Shown here: positions 52,833-61,537 of the stretch, piece after piece
Layout: the number at the start of each line of letters is the position of its first letter
Numbering within the stretch: the stretch's first letter is position 1
Position numbers and translations under genes: made by a program
Origin: Candidatus Eiseniibacteriota bacterium
GTDB lineage: Bacteria > Eisenbacteria > RBG-16-71-46
Assembly (NCBI GenBank): GCA_963744995.1
Contig: CAVUWA010000009.1
Span: forward strand, 160,001 to 224,000
DNA: 64,000 nucleotides
Direction of reading: 5' to 3'
The notes under the pieces: model-generated
The model's database searches: none
Seen by the model: the letters and a program-made list of their open reading frames with translations, nothing else
Told to the model about the DNA's origin: nothing

Positions 52833-53593
52833 GCGCCGCCGCGCCGCCCGGGCGCACCTCCGCGCGCCGCGTGGCCGGCATGCTCGCGCTGCTGCTCGGC
52901 GCCTGCGCCTACGGGCTCGCGGGGCACGCGTACGAGACCATTCCGCACGCGAAACCGCTCGCCGAGCTGGCCTACTACCCGTCCGGCGAGCACCTGAGCA
53001 AGCTGACGCTCGGTCATGCCGAGTCGGCGGCCGATCTCGCCTGGCTGCGCGCGGTGCAGTACTACGGCGAGCATCGGGCGACCGACAACCGCTTCGACCG
53101 CATGGACCACGTCTTCGACATCCTCACGTCGCTCGCGCCGCACTTCGTTCCGGCGTACGTGTTCGGCGCGTTCTCGCTCGCCCAGGAGGGGCGCGACTTC
53201 CCGCGCGCCGAGGCGCTGATGAAGAAGGGGCTCGAGGCGAATCCCAGGAGCGGCGAGCTCGCCTTCCAGGCCGGCTTCCTCTACTACGTCAAGTCCGGCG
53301 GCAGAGACCTCGCGCACGCGGCCGAGTACTTCGAGCAGGCGGCGCGGCAGGACGACGCACCGCCCCAGGCAGCCCGCTTCGCGGCATGGGCGCGGCAGAA
53401 CTCGGGCGATCTCGAGCTGGCCTGGGCGCTGTGGGACCGGGTCTACCGGACCTCGAAGAACCCGCTCATGCGCGAACTCGCCGAACGCAAGATGAAGGCG
53501 ATTCGCCACGCCATCCAGACCGGGCACGAAGATCAGGTGGTCAGGCGCCTGACCTCGCCCCAGGTTCTGCTGCTTCCGGATTCCACACGGTAA
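52829..53593 (+). CDS. TPR-containing pilus accessory protein (PilG/XapA-like)
   Basis: N-terminal TM, ADLAWLRAVQYYG, L.P.F..AY, TPR-like helices; sits beside the ABC pair after the pilins. Confidence 0.6.
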   Translation: MSAAAPPGRTSARRVAGMLALLLGACAYGLAGHAYETIPHAKPLAELAYYPSGEHLSKLTLGHAESAADLAWLRAVQYYGEHRATDNRFDRMDHVFDILTSLAPHFVPAYVFGAFSLAQEGRDFPRAEALMKKGLEANPRSGELAFQAGFLYYVKSGGRDLAHAAEYFEQAARQDDAPPQAARFAAWARQNSGDLELAWALWDRVYRTSKNPLMRELAERKMKAIRHAIQTGHEDQVVRRLTSPQVLLLPDSTR

Positions 53594-53690
53594 ACGGTTA
53601 CCGCCCTTGCGGTTGGGGAAGCGGGCGCCGGCCGGACCCGGACCCGGCGCGGCGCGCCCCGCAAGGGATGGGGGGCCCGCAAGTTCTGCC

Positions 53691-53718
53691 TCAAGAACGG
53701 ACGCCGATGTACCGATTC
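53691..53718 (+). promoter_or_regulatory. Candidate sigma28-like promoter upstream of pilM
   Basis: TCAA-N16-ACCGATTC. Confidence 0.3.
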
Positions 53719-53840
53719 AAGAGACGGTTGGCCGTCGGTGGACGGCCGGCCATCGTCAGTCCATCCACCGCGGTGCGCAGGCGTCCGCGGTCCATTGAGA
53801 GAACGGGCTGCGACTCGGATCGCTCTCAGGGAGTCGAGAC

Positions 53841-54896
53841 ATGCTCTTCGGCAAGAAGCAGTCCCTCGTGGGGCTGGACATCGGAAGCCACACCATCAAG
53901 GCGGTCGAGCTCGAGGTCGGATCGAACAAGAGCTATCGACTGACCAACTGGGGGATCTCGGCGCCGCTGGCGGAAGCGATCGTGGACGGCGAGATCATGG
54001 ACCGCCAGCTCGTGACCGACGCGGTGACGAACCTGTTCGAGTCGCGCGGCATCAGGTCCCGCAACGTCGTCGCCGCCGTCAGCGGCCGCGCGGTCATCGT
54101 CAAGAAGATCACGATGAACAAGCTCTCCGCGGACGACGCCCAGCAGGCCGTGTACTGGGAAGCGGAGCAGCACGTGCCCTACGACATCAACGACGTGTCG
54201 CTGGACTTCGAGATCCTCGGCGAGGCGCCGAACGATCCGAAGCTCATGCAGGTGCTGCTGGTCGCGGCGAAGAAGGACATGGTGATGTCCTTCAGCGACC
54301 TCATCCGCGAAGCCGGCCTCTCGCCGCTGATCGTGGATGTCGACTCCTTCGCGGCGCAGAACGCGCTCGAAGCCAACTACGACTTCACGCCGGACGAGGT
54401 GGTCGCGATCCTCAACGTCGGATCCGAGATCACCAACATCAACATCATCCAGGGCGGCGTGCCCTACTTCACCAAGGACCTCCAGGTCGGCGGCAACACG
54501 TTCACCGAGGCCGCGCAGCGCAAGTTCAACCTCAGCCAGATCGAGGCCGAGGCGGCGGTGCGTGGCGAGTCCTCCGATGGACTCGAGGTCATGCCCGTCA
54601 TCGAGCAGGCCTGCGAGGGCCTGGCGACCGCGCTCGAGCGCGCGCAGGCGTATCTGCGCACCGCCGGCGAGGCCGGGCCGATCGCGCGCATCATGCTGTG
54701 CGGCGGCAGTTCCATGACGCCCGGTGTTTCCGAGTTCCTCCATCGCCGCTTCACCGTCCCGGTGGAAGTGGCCAACCCGCTGGCCCGCGTCGGCTACGAC
54801 CCGTCGCTGTTCGCGGGCCAGGACGTCATGAGGGTGGCGCCTCTCCTGACGGTCGGGATCGGGCTCGCGCTGCGCCGCCTGGGAGACAAGAAATGA
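53841..54896 (+). CDS. pilM: Type IV pilus assembly protein PilM
   Basis: VGLDIGSHTIKAVEL, actin-like fold, EAEQHVPY, LCGGSS, GLALR. Confidence 0.95.
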   Translation: MLFGKKQSLVGLDIGSHTIKAVELEVGSNKSYRLTNWGISAPLAEAIVDGEIMDRQLVTDAVTNLFESRGIRSRNVVAAVSGRAVIVKKITMNKLSADDAQQAVYWEAEQHVPYDINDVSLDFEILGEAPNDPKLMQVLLVAAKKDMVMSFSDLIREAGLSPLIVDVDSFAAQNALEANYDFTPDEVVAILNVGSEITNINIIQGGVPYFTKDLQVGGNTFTEAAQRKFNLSQIEAEAAVRGESSDGLEVMPVIEQACEGLATALERAQAYLRTAGEAGPIARIMLCGGSSMTPGVSEFLHRRFTVPVEVANPLARVGYDPSLFAGQDVMRVAPLLTVGIGLALRRLGDKK

Positions 54897-55462
54897 TCCG
54901 CATCAATCTCCTGCCGCGCGAAGAGAAAGCCCAGCGCCGGGCCTCGATCAGCTTCCACCCGGGGGATCTGGTGATTCCCGTGGGCGTGCTGGCCGCGGCC
55001 GGTCTGGTCATCGCCGGCACCGCATTTTCGCAGAACAGCCGCGTGGGGTCTCTGAACCGTTCGATCGAGGAGGTCGAGGCGCAGAGCCGCGCGCTCGCCC
55101 CGCAGATCGAGCGTGTGAACCAGCTGGCGCGCGAGCGCGCGGAGCTGGATCTGCGCCTGGGCATCATCAACCGGCTCGAGAAGGGCCGCACCCAGAGCGT
55201 CCGCCTCATGGACGAACTGGCGCGCTGCGTGCCCGATCACCTCTGGCTGACCGTGGCCACCCAGGGCGGCGGCAACACGCTGAGCCTGGAAGGCGTCACG
55301 TTCTCGAATCTGGTGGTGTCGGACTTCATGTCGCGGCTCGAACAGTCGCCGATGTTCGCCGGGGTCGAGCTCGGGGTCGCCGAGCGCGGCGAAGTCGACA
55401 AGCACGAAATCGTCAAGTTCCAGCTCACCTGCCAGGTGACGCCGGACGAGCCGGCCCACTAG
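54893..55462 (+). CDS. pilN: Type IV pilus assembly protein PilN
   Basis: MIRINLLP motif, TM, coiled coil, P..LWLT, LEQSPMF. Confidence 0.92.
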   Translation: MIRINLLPREEKAQRRASISFHPGDLVIPVGVLAAAGLVIAGTAFSQNSRVGSLNRSIEEVEAQSRALAPQIERVNQLARERAELDLRLGIINRLEKGRTQSVRLMDELARCVPDHLWLTVATQGGGNTLSLEGVTFSNLVVSDFMSRLEQSPMFAGVELGVAERGEVDKHEIVKFQLTCQVTPDEPAH

Positions 55463-55475
55463 GAGGACGCCAACC

Positions 55476-56111
55476 GTGAACGTGGATCTCAAGAATCCGA
55501 CCGTACAGAAGATCATCCTCAGCGTGATGCTGGCGGGTGGTGTTCTGGGCGTCTTCTTCTTCACGCACTTCCTCCCGTTCGGCTATCCCAACAAGTCGGA
55601 CGAGATCACGGTGCTGAAGGCCGACTACGAGAAGAAGTCCACCGAACTGGCCCGCGCGCGCGCCACGGTCGCCGACCTGCCGCGCTTCGAGGCCGAATAC
55701 GAGCAGCTGCACGAACGCTGGTCGATGGCCGCCGAGCTGCTTCCGGCCGACCGCCAGCTGCCCGCGCTGCTGCGCCGCATCACCCTGTCCGCGCAGCAGA
55801 CCGGCGTGCAGTTCGTGAGCTTCCGTCCCGCGTCGAACCACGTGGACGAGTACCTCACGGAAGTGCCGCTCGAAATCTCGGTGAAGGGCGGCTACCACCA
55901 GGTCGGCTCGTTCCTCGCCGAACTGGCGAACATGCGCCGCATCATCACCGTGGCCAACGTCCAGGTGAAAGCCAACGCCGACAAGGACGACCCGCTCATC
56001 ACGACGAGCGCGCAGTTCACGGCGTCGGCCTATTGCCTCAATACCTCGCCCGCTGCGGGCAGCGCGGCGCCGAAGAAGAAGGAGGGTTCCAATGCGCAGC
56101 CCGCGTCCTGA
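55476..56111 (+). CDS. pilO: Type IV pilus assembly protein PilO
   Basis: TM, coiled coil, LLP...LPALL, GGYHQVGSFLAELANMRRII. Confidence 0.92.
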   Translation: MNVDLKNPTVQKIILSVMLAGGVLGVFFFTHFLPFGYPNKSDEITVLKADYEKKSTELARARATVADLPRFEAEYEQLHERWSMAAELLPADRQLPALLRRITLSAQQTGVQFVSFRPASNHVDEYLTEVPLEISVKGGYHQVGSFLAELANMRRIITVANVQVKANADKDDPLITTSAQFTASAYCLNTSPAAGSAAPKKKEGSNAQPAS

Positions 56112-56802
56112 AACCGGGAACGCTTCCCGCGCCGGCACGCTCCGCACGCTCGCCGCGCTCGTCGCCGCGGGCCTCATGCTCGGCGGCAGCGCGACCCTGA
56201 TGCTCAGGACCGCCGGTGAATGGCTGGAGCCGACCGCGGCCGAAGCCGCGTCCAGCACCGCCGGGCGCGCCGTCGAAGCCGCGCGCAAGACGCACGACAA
56301 GGCGGACCAGCACGCCCAGCAGCTCGACGACGCGGCCCATGGCAAACAGCCGAAGCCGATCGCCCGCGGGGTCGGCAGCGCGAAGCCCGCGGCCGCCAGG
56401 GCGAAGACGCAGACGACGGCGAAGCCGGCCGGACCGGGTCCGCAGACGCTGACCCAGGTCGACGAGCAGGTGACCTATCAGTACAACGCACTCGGCCGGC
56501 GGGATCCGTTCCTGTCGCTGGTCGGCGACGTCTACGTCGGATCCGACGTGGGCGGCGACGCGCCGCCGGACATCGGCGGCCTGAAGGTCGTGGGCATCGT
56601 GTGGGGCACGGGTGACCGTTTTGCGCTGGTCGAAGATCCGCGCGGCAACAGCCTCGTCCTGCGCAAGGGTGACAAGGTGATGAACGGTGAGGTCGAGCAG
56701 CTGATGCGCGAAGCCATCGTCGTCAAGCACACCGTGGACGGTCAGACCGACTGGGTGACCATTCCACTGACGAAGAAGGGGGACAGCAATGCGAGTCACT
56801 AA
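56092..56802 (+). CDS. pilP: PilP-like protein (no lipobox Cys)
   Basis: Y...GRRDPF motif, LKVVGIVW...ALVED..G..LVLRKGD; position between pilO and pilQ. Confidence 0.75.
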   Translation: MRSPRPETGNASRAGTLRTLAALVAAGLMLGGSATLMLRTAGEWLEPTAAEAASSTAGRAVEAARKTHDKADQHAQQLDDAAHGKQPKPIARGVGSAKPAAARAKTQTTAKPAGPGPQTLTQVDEQVTYQYNALGRRDPFLSLVGDVYVGSDVGGDAPPDIGGLKVVGIVWGTGDRFALVEDPRGNSLVLRKGDKVMNGEVEQLMREAIVVKHTVDGQTDWVTIPLTKKGDSNASH

Positions 56803-58141
56803 GGCCTGCGTGGGTCTCACGCTGGTGATCGCGCTCGGGGCCTTCGCGGCCCCCGCTTCGGCCGCCGACACGGGGGCGATGCAGCGCGTGGGCATGAAGC
56901 CGACCGGGCAGGGCACGTTCACCCTCGACGTCGAAGGTGCCGACATCCGGACGGTGGTGCGGGCGATCCAGGAGTTCAGCGGACGCAACATCGTGGTGGC
57001 GCACGACGTGAAGGCGTCGGTGCGCGCCAACCTGCACAACGTGAGCTGGCAGAGCGCGCTTCGTACCGTGTGCCGCGCCAACGGCCTGGACTACGTGGAC
57101 GAAGGCGGCATCCTGCGCGTCGACGAAGCGGGCAAGCTCGCGGCGGAGCAGGTCGACCGCGAATCGGCGCGCGCCAAGGCGGCGGACCTCGTGCCGCTCG
57201 AGACCCGCATCGTGCGTCTGAACTTCGCCAACGCGGCGGAACTCGCACAGGCGCTGCAGCCCTCGCTGACGCGCCGCGGCAACATCCAGGTCGAGAAGCG
57301 CTCGAACGCGCTGATCGTCAGCGATCTGCCGTCGAACGTGGCGCGGGTCGAGGAGATGGCCGGCGAGCTCGACGAAAAGACGCCGCAGATCGAGATCACC
57401 GCGAAGCTCGTCGACGTCGACGCCGAAGCGCTGCGTCAGATGGGCATCGAGTGGAACGTCGGCCCGACCAACGGCGACCAGGCGGAGTTCTTCTCCGACG
57501 TGCCGGATCCCGGGGCCAGGTTCCTCAAGCCCGGGAACGACGGCAACCAGGCCCTCGGCTCCGAGACCAACGCCGGCATCGCCGACCCCGTGACCCGGGT
57601 CACCTACGGCATCGCCAAGGACTGGGGCTTCATCGAGGCCCAGCTGCAGGTCCTCGAGCAGAACCGCAAGGCGAACATCATCTCGAACCCGCGGATCACG
57701 ACGGTGCAGAATCGCGAGGCGAAGATCCTCGTCGGCCAGAAGATCCCGCTCATCGTGCAGGACGTCGCCGGCAACCCGGTGTCGCAGCTGCAGACCATCG
57801 GCATCCAGCTGAAGGTGACGCCGCAGCTGACCGACGACAAGCGGATCATCATGGACCTGCATCCCGAGGTCAGCGATCTGTCCACGCAATCCACCGTGCA
57901 GGGCGGCGTCATCATCAACACCAGTGAGGCGGACACCCGCGTCATGGTGGACGACGGCCAGACGGCGGTCATCGGCGGCCTGATCCGCACCAACGAGTCG
58001 ACTGTGAGGCGCGGCGTGCCCCTGCTGATGGACATTCCGCTGATCGGCGCGTTGTTCAGCTCCAACAGCATCACGCGACAGAACCGCGAGCTGATCATCT
58101 TCGTCACCCCGCGGCTCGTCGAAACGATGGCTTCGAACTAG
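56789..58141 (+). CDS. pilQ: Type IV pilus secretin (short, no AMIN domains evident)
   Basis: LDVEGADIRTV, SNALIV.D, PQIEITAKLV, SNPRITT, GIQLKVTPQ, GVPLLMDIPLIGALF, ELIIFVTPR. Confidence 0.93.
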   Translation: MRVTKACVGLTLVIALGAFAAPASAADTGAMQRVGMKPTGQGTFTLDVEGADIRTVVRAIQEFSGRNIVVAHDVKASVRANLHNVSWQSALRTVCRANGLDYVDEGGILRVDEAGKLAAEQVDRESARAKAADLVPLETRIVRLNFANAAELAQALQPSLTRRGNIQVEKRSNALIVSDLPSNVARVEEMAGELDEKTPQIEITAKLVDVDAEALRQMGIEWNVGPTNGDQAEFFSDVPDPGARFLKPGNDGNQALGSETNAGIADPVTRVTYGIAKDWGFIEAQLQVLEQNRKANIISNPRITTVQNREAKILVGQKIPLIVQDVAGNPVSQLQTIGIQLKVTPQLTDDKRIIMDLHPEVSDLSTQSTVQGGVIINTSEADTRVMVDDGQTAVIGGLIRTNESTVRRGVPLLMDIPLIGALFSSNSITRQNRELIIFVTPRLVETMASN

Positions 58142-58165
58142 ACGCCACGTCAGCGAGGTGGCGCA

Positions 58166-58199
58166 GACGGCCGCCGGATCCACGGATCCGGCGGCCGTC
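58166..58199 (+). terminator. Perfect 16-bp inverted repeat after pilQ
   Basis: GACGGCCGCCGGATCC-ac-GGATCCGGCGGCCGTC; no U-tract. Confidence 0.55.
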
Positions 58200-58258
58200 G
58201 CTCATGCGGGGGCGGCGGCGGCCGCGGTCCGGTCGCGCGCCTGTGCTAGCTTCCGGGG

Positions 58259-58792
58259 ATGAACATGCCCGCCAGCAGCCGTCCGATCGCCCTCGTCGGC
58301 ATCATGGGATCCGGCAAGTCGGTGGTCGCGCGCGAGCTCGGCGAGCAGCTCGGCACCAGCGTCGCCGACCTGGACGCCCTGATCGAGAGCGAGGAGGGGC
58401 GGCCGATCGCCCACCTGTTCGAGCGCGAGGGCGAGCCGTGGTTCCGGCGCCGCGAGGGCGAAGCGCTCACCCAGGTGCTCGGCGCGGGCGCCCGGGTGAT
58501 CGCCTGCGGGGGCGGCATCGTGCTCGTCGCCGAGCACCGCCGGATGCTCCGCGAAGCGTGCTTCACCGTGTGGCTCGAAGTGGCGCCGGCCGAAGCCGCA
58601 TCGCGGCTCGAGGGCGAGACCCGTGAGCGCCCGCTGCTGGCCGGGGCGGAGCCCGAAGCGCGGCTCACCGCGCTGCTCGAGGCACGGGCGCCGCTCTATG
58701 CCGAGGTTGCACGGCGGCGCGTTGCGACCGGCGGCAGGACGCCTGAAGAGGTCGCCGCCGACGTTCTCGCCGCCTGGCGGAGCGTCGCTTGA
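58259..58792 (+). CDS. aroK: Shikimate kinase
   Basis: LVGIMGSGKS, DLD..IE, F..EGE..FRRRE, ACGGG, RPLL, R.PLY. Confidence 0.93.
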   Translation: MNMPASSRPIALVGIMGSGKSVVARELGEQLGTSVADLDALIESEEGRPIAHLFEREGEPWFRRREGEALTQVLGAGARVIACGGGIVLVAEHRRMLREACFTVWLEVAPAEAASRLEGETRERPLLAGAEPEARLTALLEARAPLYAEVARRRVATGGRTPEEVAADVLAAWRSVA

Positions 58793-59604
58793 AGCCTGTT
58801 CGCGCCGGGCGGCGCCTCGTGCCGCCCGGGTTCGCGCTGCTCGCGCTCGTCACCGGGTGCGCGCCGCGACCGGCTGCGGTGGCGACGATCGATCCGGACG
58901 CGCTGCTGCGCCGCTACGTCACGCGGCTCGCGGCGCGCGAGGCGCGGGTGGGCGGCACGATCGCCGACGTGAGCCTGTGGCTCGAGACGCCGGCGACGGG
59001 GCGCCTGCCGGGGGCCCACGCCACGCTCGGGCTCGGCGGAGACGCCGCCGCACGGCTCAGGGTGGAGGGCGCGTTCGGTCCCGCGCTCGACGTGGCGGCT
59101 GCGGGCGACAGCGTGTTCGCCTGGGTGCCGTCCAGGAACACCGTGGTGCGCGCCGCGGCCGCCGACCCGCCGCTCGCATTTCCGGAAATCGCCGCCTTCG
59201 CCGTGCGCGTCGCCGCGGCGGCGTGGCGTGCGCCCGCCGCCGCGTGGCCCGGCTCGCGCCTCGAAGATTCGCTGCGGGTGCTGGAATGGACCGAGGGCGG
59301 CGACTCGCTGGCGCTCGGAATCGGCGCGAGCGGCCTGCCACGCAGCATGCGGCGGGTGCGCCCGGGAATGGGCACGCTCCGGGTGACGTATCCTGTCTAC
59401 GAGGTGGTGGACGGGGCCGCGTGGCCGACCCGCATCGAACTCGCGGACGCGAGCGGCCGGTTGGACCTCAAGCTGCGGGTGCGGCGTCTCTCGCACGCGC
59501 CCGCCACGGATCCGGCCCGGTTCCGCGCGGAAATGCCGGCGGATGCGGCGCTGCTGCCCGTCACGGAGGTGCTCGAATGGTTTCAGGAAGCGTTGCGGCC
59601 GTGA
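58789..59604 (+). CDS. Lipoprotein, possibly LolB/DUF4292-like
   Basis: Lipobox LVTGC, beta-rich fold with R..FG..LD pattern and Y..Y..VDG..WP.RI C-terminal strands. Confidence 0.5.
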   Translation: MKPVRAGRRLVPPGFALLALVTGCAPRPAAVATIDPDALLRRYVTRLAAREARVGGTIADVSLWLETPATGRLPGAHATLGLGGDAAARLRVEGAFGPALDVAAAGDSVFAWVPSRNTVVRAAAADPPLAFPEIAAFAVRVAAAAWRAPAAAWPGSRLEDSLRVLEWTEGGDSLALGIGASGLPRSMRRVRPGMGTLRVTYPVYEVVDGAAWPTRIELADASGRLDLKLRVRRLSHAPATDPARFRAEMPADAALLPVTEVLEWFQEALRP

Positions 59605-60278
59605 GCCCGGGTGCGACGAAGAGGTGGAGCGTACGGCGCCCTCCGCCGCTCGCGCTCGCATTCACGCTCGCTGCCGTCTGCAGCGTCCCGGCCGCGCGGC
59701 AGGCGGCGGCCGAGCCGGCGGCCGCCGCCGTGCCGACCGCCGCCCGTGCGCTGGTCCGCAAGCTCCACGCTACGGGCCGGGCGGAGGCTGCGCTCACGCG
59801 ACGCTTCGTGGATCCGATCCGCGACACCACCGTGGTCGTGCACGGCCGACTGGTGCTCGAACCGCCCGATCGCGCGCGCCTCGAGTTCGACGAAACCGGC
59901 GAGCGCATCACCCTGCGCGCCGATGGCGGCGAATGGCTGCAGCCCCGGCTCGGGCAGTTGATGCGCTTCGACGCGCAGCACGCGAGCGCCGCACTGCGCT
60001 GGTGGACGTTGTTCGGCGCGGGCGCCCGGGCGGGCGTGACCGAGCGCCGCGCGGGCGAACGGACCTGGGTGGTGACGATGCCGGGGGCGGGGGTCGCCGG
60101 CGACAGCGCGCGCGTCACGCTCGGCCGCGACGGCCTGCCCGCGCGCATCGTGATCGCCGAGGCCGGCGGCGCGCCGGTCGAGTACGACCTGGCCCGCTGG
60201 CGCTTCACCAGGCCGCGCGGCCGTGGCGCGTTCGTGATCCGGCCGTCGGCGGGGATCGAAGTCTTCGACCTGCGCTGA
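59601..60278 (+). CDS. LolA-like exported protein
   Basis: Signal peptide; HGRLVLEPPDRARLEF...ERI..RADG..W matches the LolA G.l...P...R.ey..pattern; F.....G C-terminus. Confidence 0.6.
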   Translation: MSPGATKRWSVRRPPPLALAFTLAAVCSVPAARQAAAEPAAAAVPTAARALVRKLHATGRAEAALTRRFVDPIRDTTVVVHGRLVLEPPDRARLEFDETGERITLRADGGEWLQPRLGQLMRFDAQHASAALRWWTLFGAGARAGVTERRAGERTWVVTMPGAGVAGDSARVTLGRDGLPARIVIAEAGGAPVEYDLARWRFTRPRGRGAFVIRPSAGIEVFDLR

Positions 60279-60378
60279 ACCGCCCGGCGGGAATGCTGGC
60301 GACGCGGGGCCCGGCGGCACCCGCGGGCCGCTGCGCGCGCCGCCCTCGAACGCGGCCCCGGGCCCTGCGCGGGCCCGA

Positions 60379-60407
60379 TTGACACTTGCCCGGGGCTCCA
60401 TGAGACT
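60379..60407 (+). promoter_or_regulatory. sigma70-like promoter, probably giving a near-leaderless rsmD transcript
   Basis: TTGACA-N17-GAGACT, 9 nt before GTG 60417; no RBS. Confidence 0.5.
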
Positions 60408-60416
60408 TTCGCGCTC

Positions 60417-61004
60417 GTGCGAGTGATCGCGGGGGAGCTGGGCGGGCGGCGGCTGCGCGCGCCGCGCGGGCTGGACACGCGGCCCACGTCGGATCGCGTC
60501 CGCGAGGCGCTGTTCATGGCGCTCGAACCGCTCGCGGGGCTGCACGTCGTGGATCTCTACTCGGGCTCGGGGGCCATGGGGATCGAAGCGCTGTCGCGCG
60601 GTGCGCTGCACGTGGACTTCGTCGAGGATTCGGCGGCCGCGCGCCGGGTGCTGTCCGGGAACCTGCACGAGCTTGGAATCGAATCGCGGACAACGGTTTG
60701 GCCGTTCCGCCTCCCGCAGGGTCTCAAGCGGCTCGCGGCGCCGCTCGCGGCCGCCGATCTGATCCTCGCGGACCCGCCCTACGGTGGGGCGCTGGCGCGC
60801 GCCACGCTCGAGGCGCTGGGCTTGCGCGCGGTCCTCAGGGATGGCGTGAAGGTGATCGTGGAGCATCATCGGCGGGACCTGCTGCCGGCCCGGTCGGGCC
60901 GGCTCGCGCGGGTGCGCGAGCGCGGATATGGAGAGACGTTCGTGACGACCTACGAGATCGCGGCGGCCGCGGCGGCCGCGGACGATCAGGGAGAGCAGGC
61001 ATGA
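60417..61004 (+). CDS. rsmD: 16S rRNA (guanine966-N2)-methyltransferase
   Basis: MRVIAGE..GRRL, TRPTSDRVREALF, DLYSGSGAMGIEALSRGA, DPPY. Confidence 0.95.
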   Translation: MRVIAGELGGRRLRAPRGLDTRPTSDRVREALFMALEPLAGLHVVDLYSGSGAMGIEALSRGALHVDFVEDSAAARRVLSGNLHELGIESRTTVWPFRLPQGLKRLAAPLAAADLILADPPYGGALARATLEALGLRAVLRDGVKVIVEHHRRDLLPARSGRLARVRERGYGETFVTTYEIAAAAAAADDQGEQA

Positions 61005-61537
61005 GCACCGGACGCATGGCGCTGTTTCCCGGCACGTTCGATCCGTTCACGAACGGGCATCTCGATCTGACCCGTCGCGCCGCGCGGCTGTTCGAGCGCG
61101 TGGTGGTGGCGGTCGCGCACAGTCCGGCGAAAGGCACCCTGTTCCCGGTGGAGGAGCGGGTCGAGATGATCCGCCACGCGGTGCGCACGCTCCGGCGCGT
61201 CGAGGTCGTGGACTTCTCCGACCTGGTGGTCGATTGCGCGCGGCGGGTCGGCGCACAGGTGATGATCCGTGGCCTGCGCGCGGTGAGCGACTTCGAGTTC
61301 GAGTTCCAGATGGCGCTGATGAACCGGCGGCTCGCGCCGGGCGTCGAAGTGGCGTTTCTGATGCCGAGTCAGCAGTACACCTATCTGAATTCCACCCTGG
61401 TCAAGGAAGTCGCGCGGCTCGGTGGCAGTGTCCGCGGGCTCGTGCCGGCGGACGTCGAGCAGCGCCTGCTGGCGCGCATCGCTCCCGGTCGGGCGAAGTC
61501 GAAGCCGAAGCCGAAGCGGAAGAGGAAGGCGACATGA
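61001..61537 (+). CDS. coaD: Phosphopantetheine adenylyltransferase
   Basis: FPGTFDPFTNGH, RGLRAVSDFEFE.QMALMNR, STLVKEVA. Confidence 0.96.
   Translation: MSTGRMALFPGTFDPFTNGHLDLTRRAARLFERVVVAVAHSPAKGTLFPVEERVEMIRHAVRTLRRVEVVDFSDLVVDCARRVGAQVMIRGLRAVSDFEFEFQMALMNRRLAPGVEVAFLMPSQQYTYLNSTLVKEVARLGGSVRGLVPADVEQRLLARIAPGRAKSKPKPKRKRKAT

Noticed and set aside
53594..53840. Possible c-di-GMP riboswitch or ncRNA before pilM
   Set aside because: Hairpins exist, but no convincing GEMM-type motif was seen.
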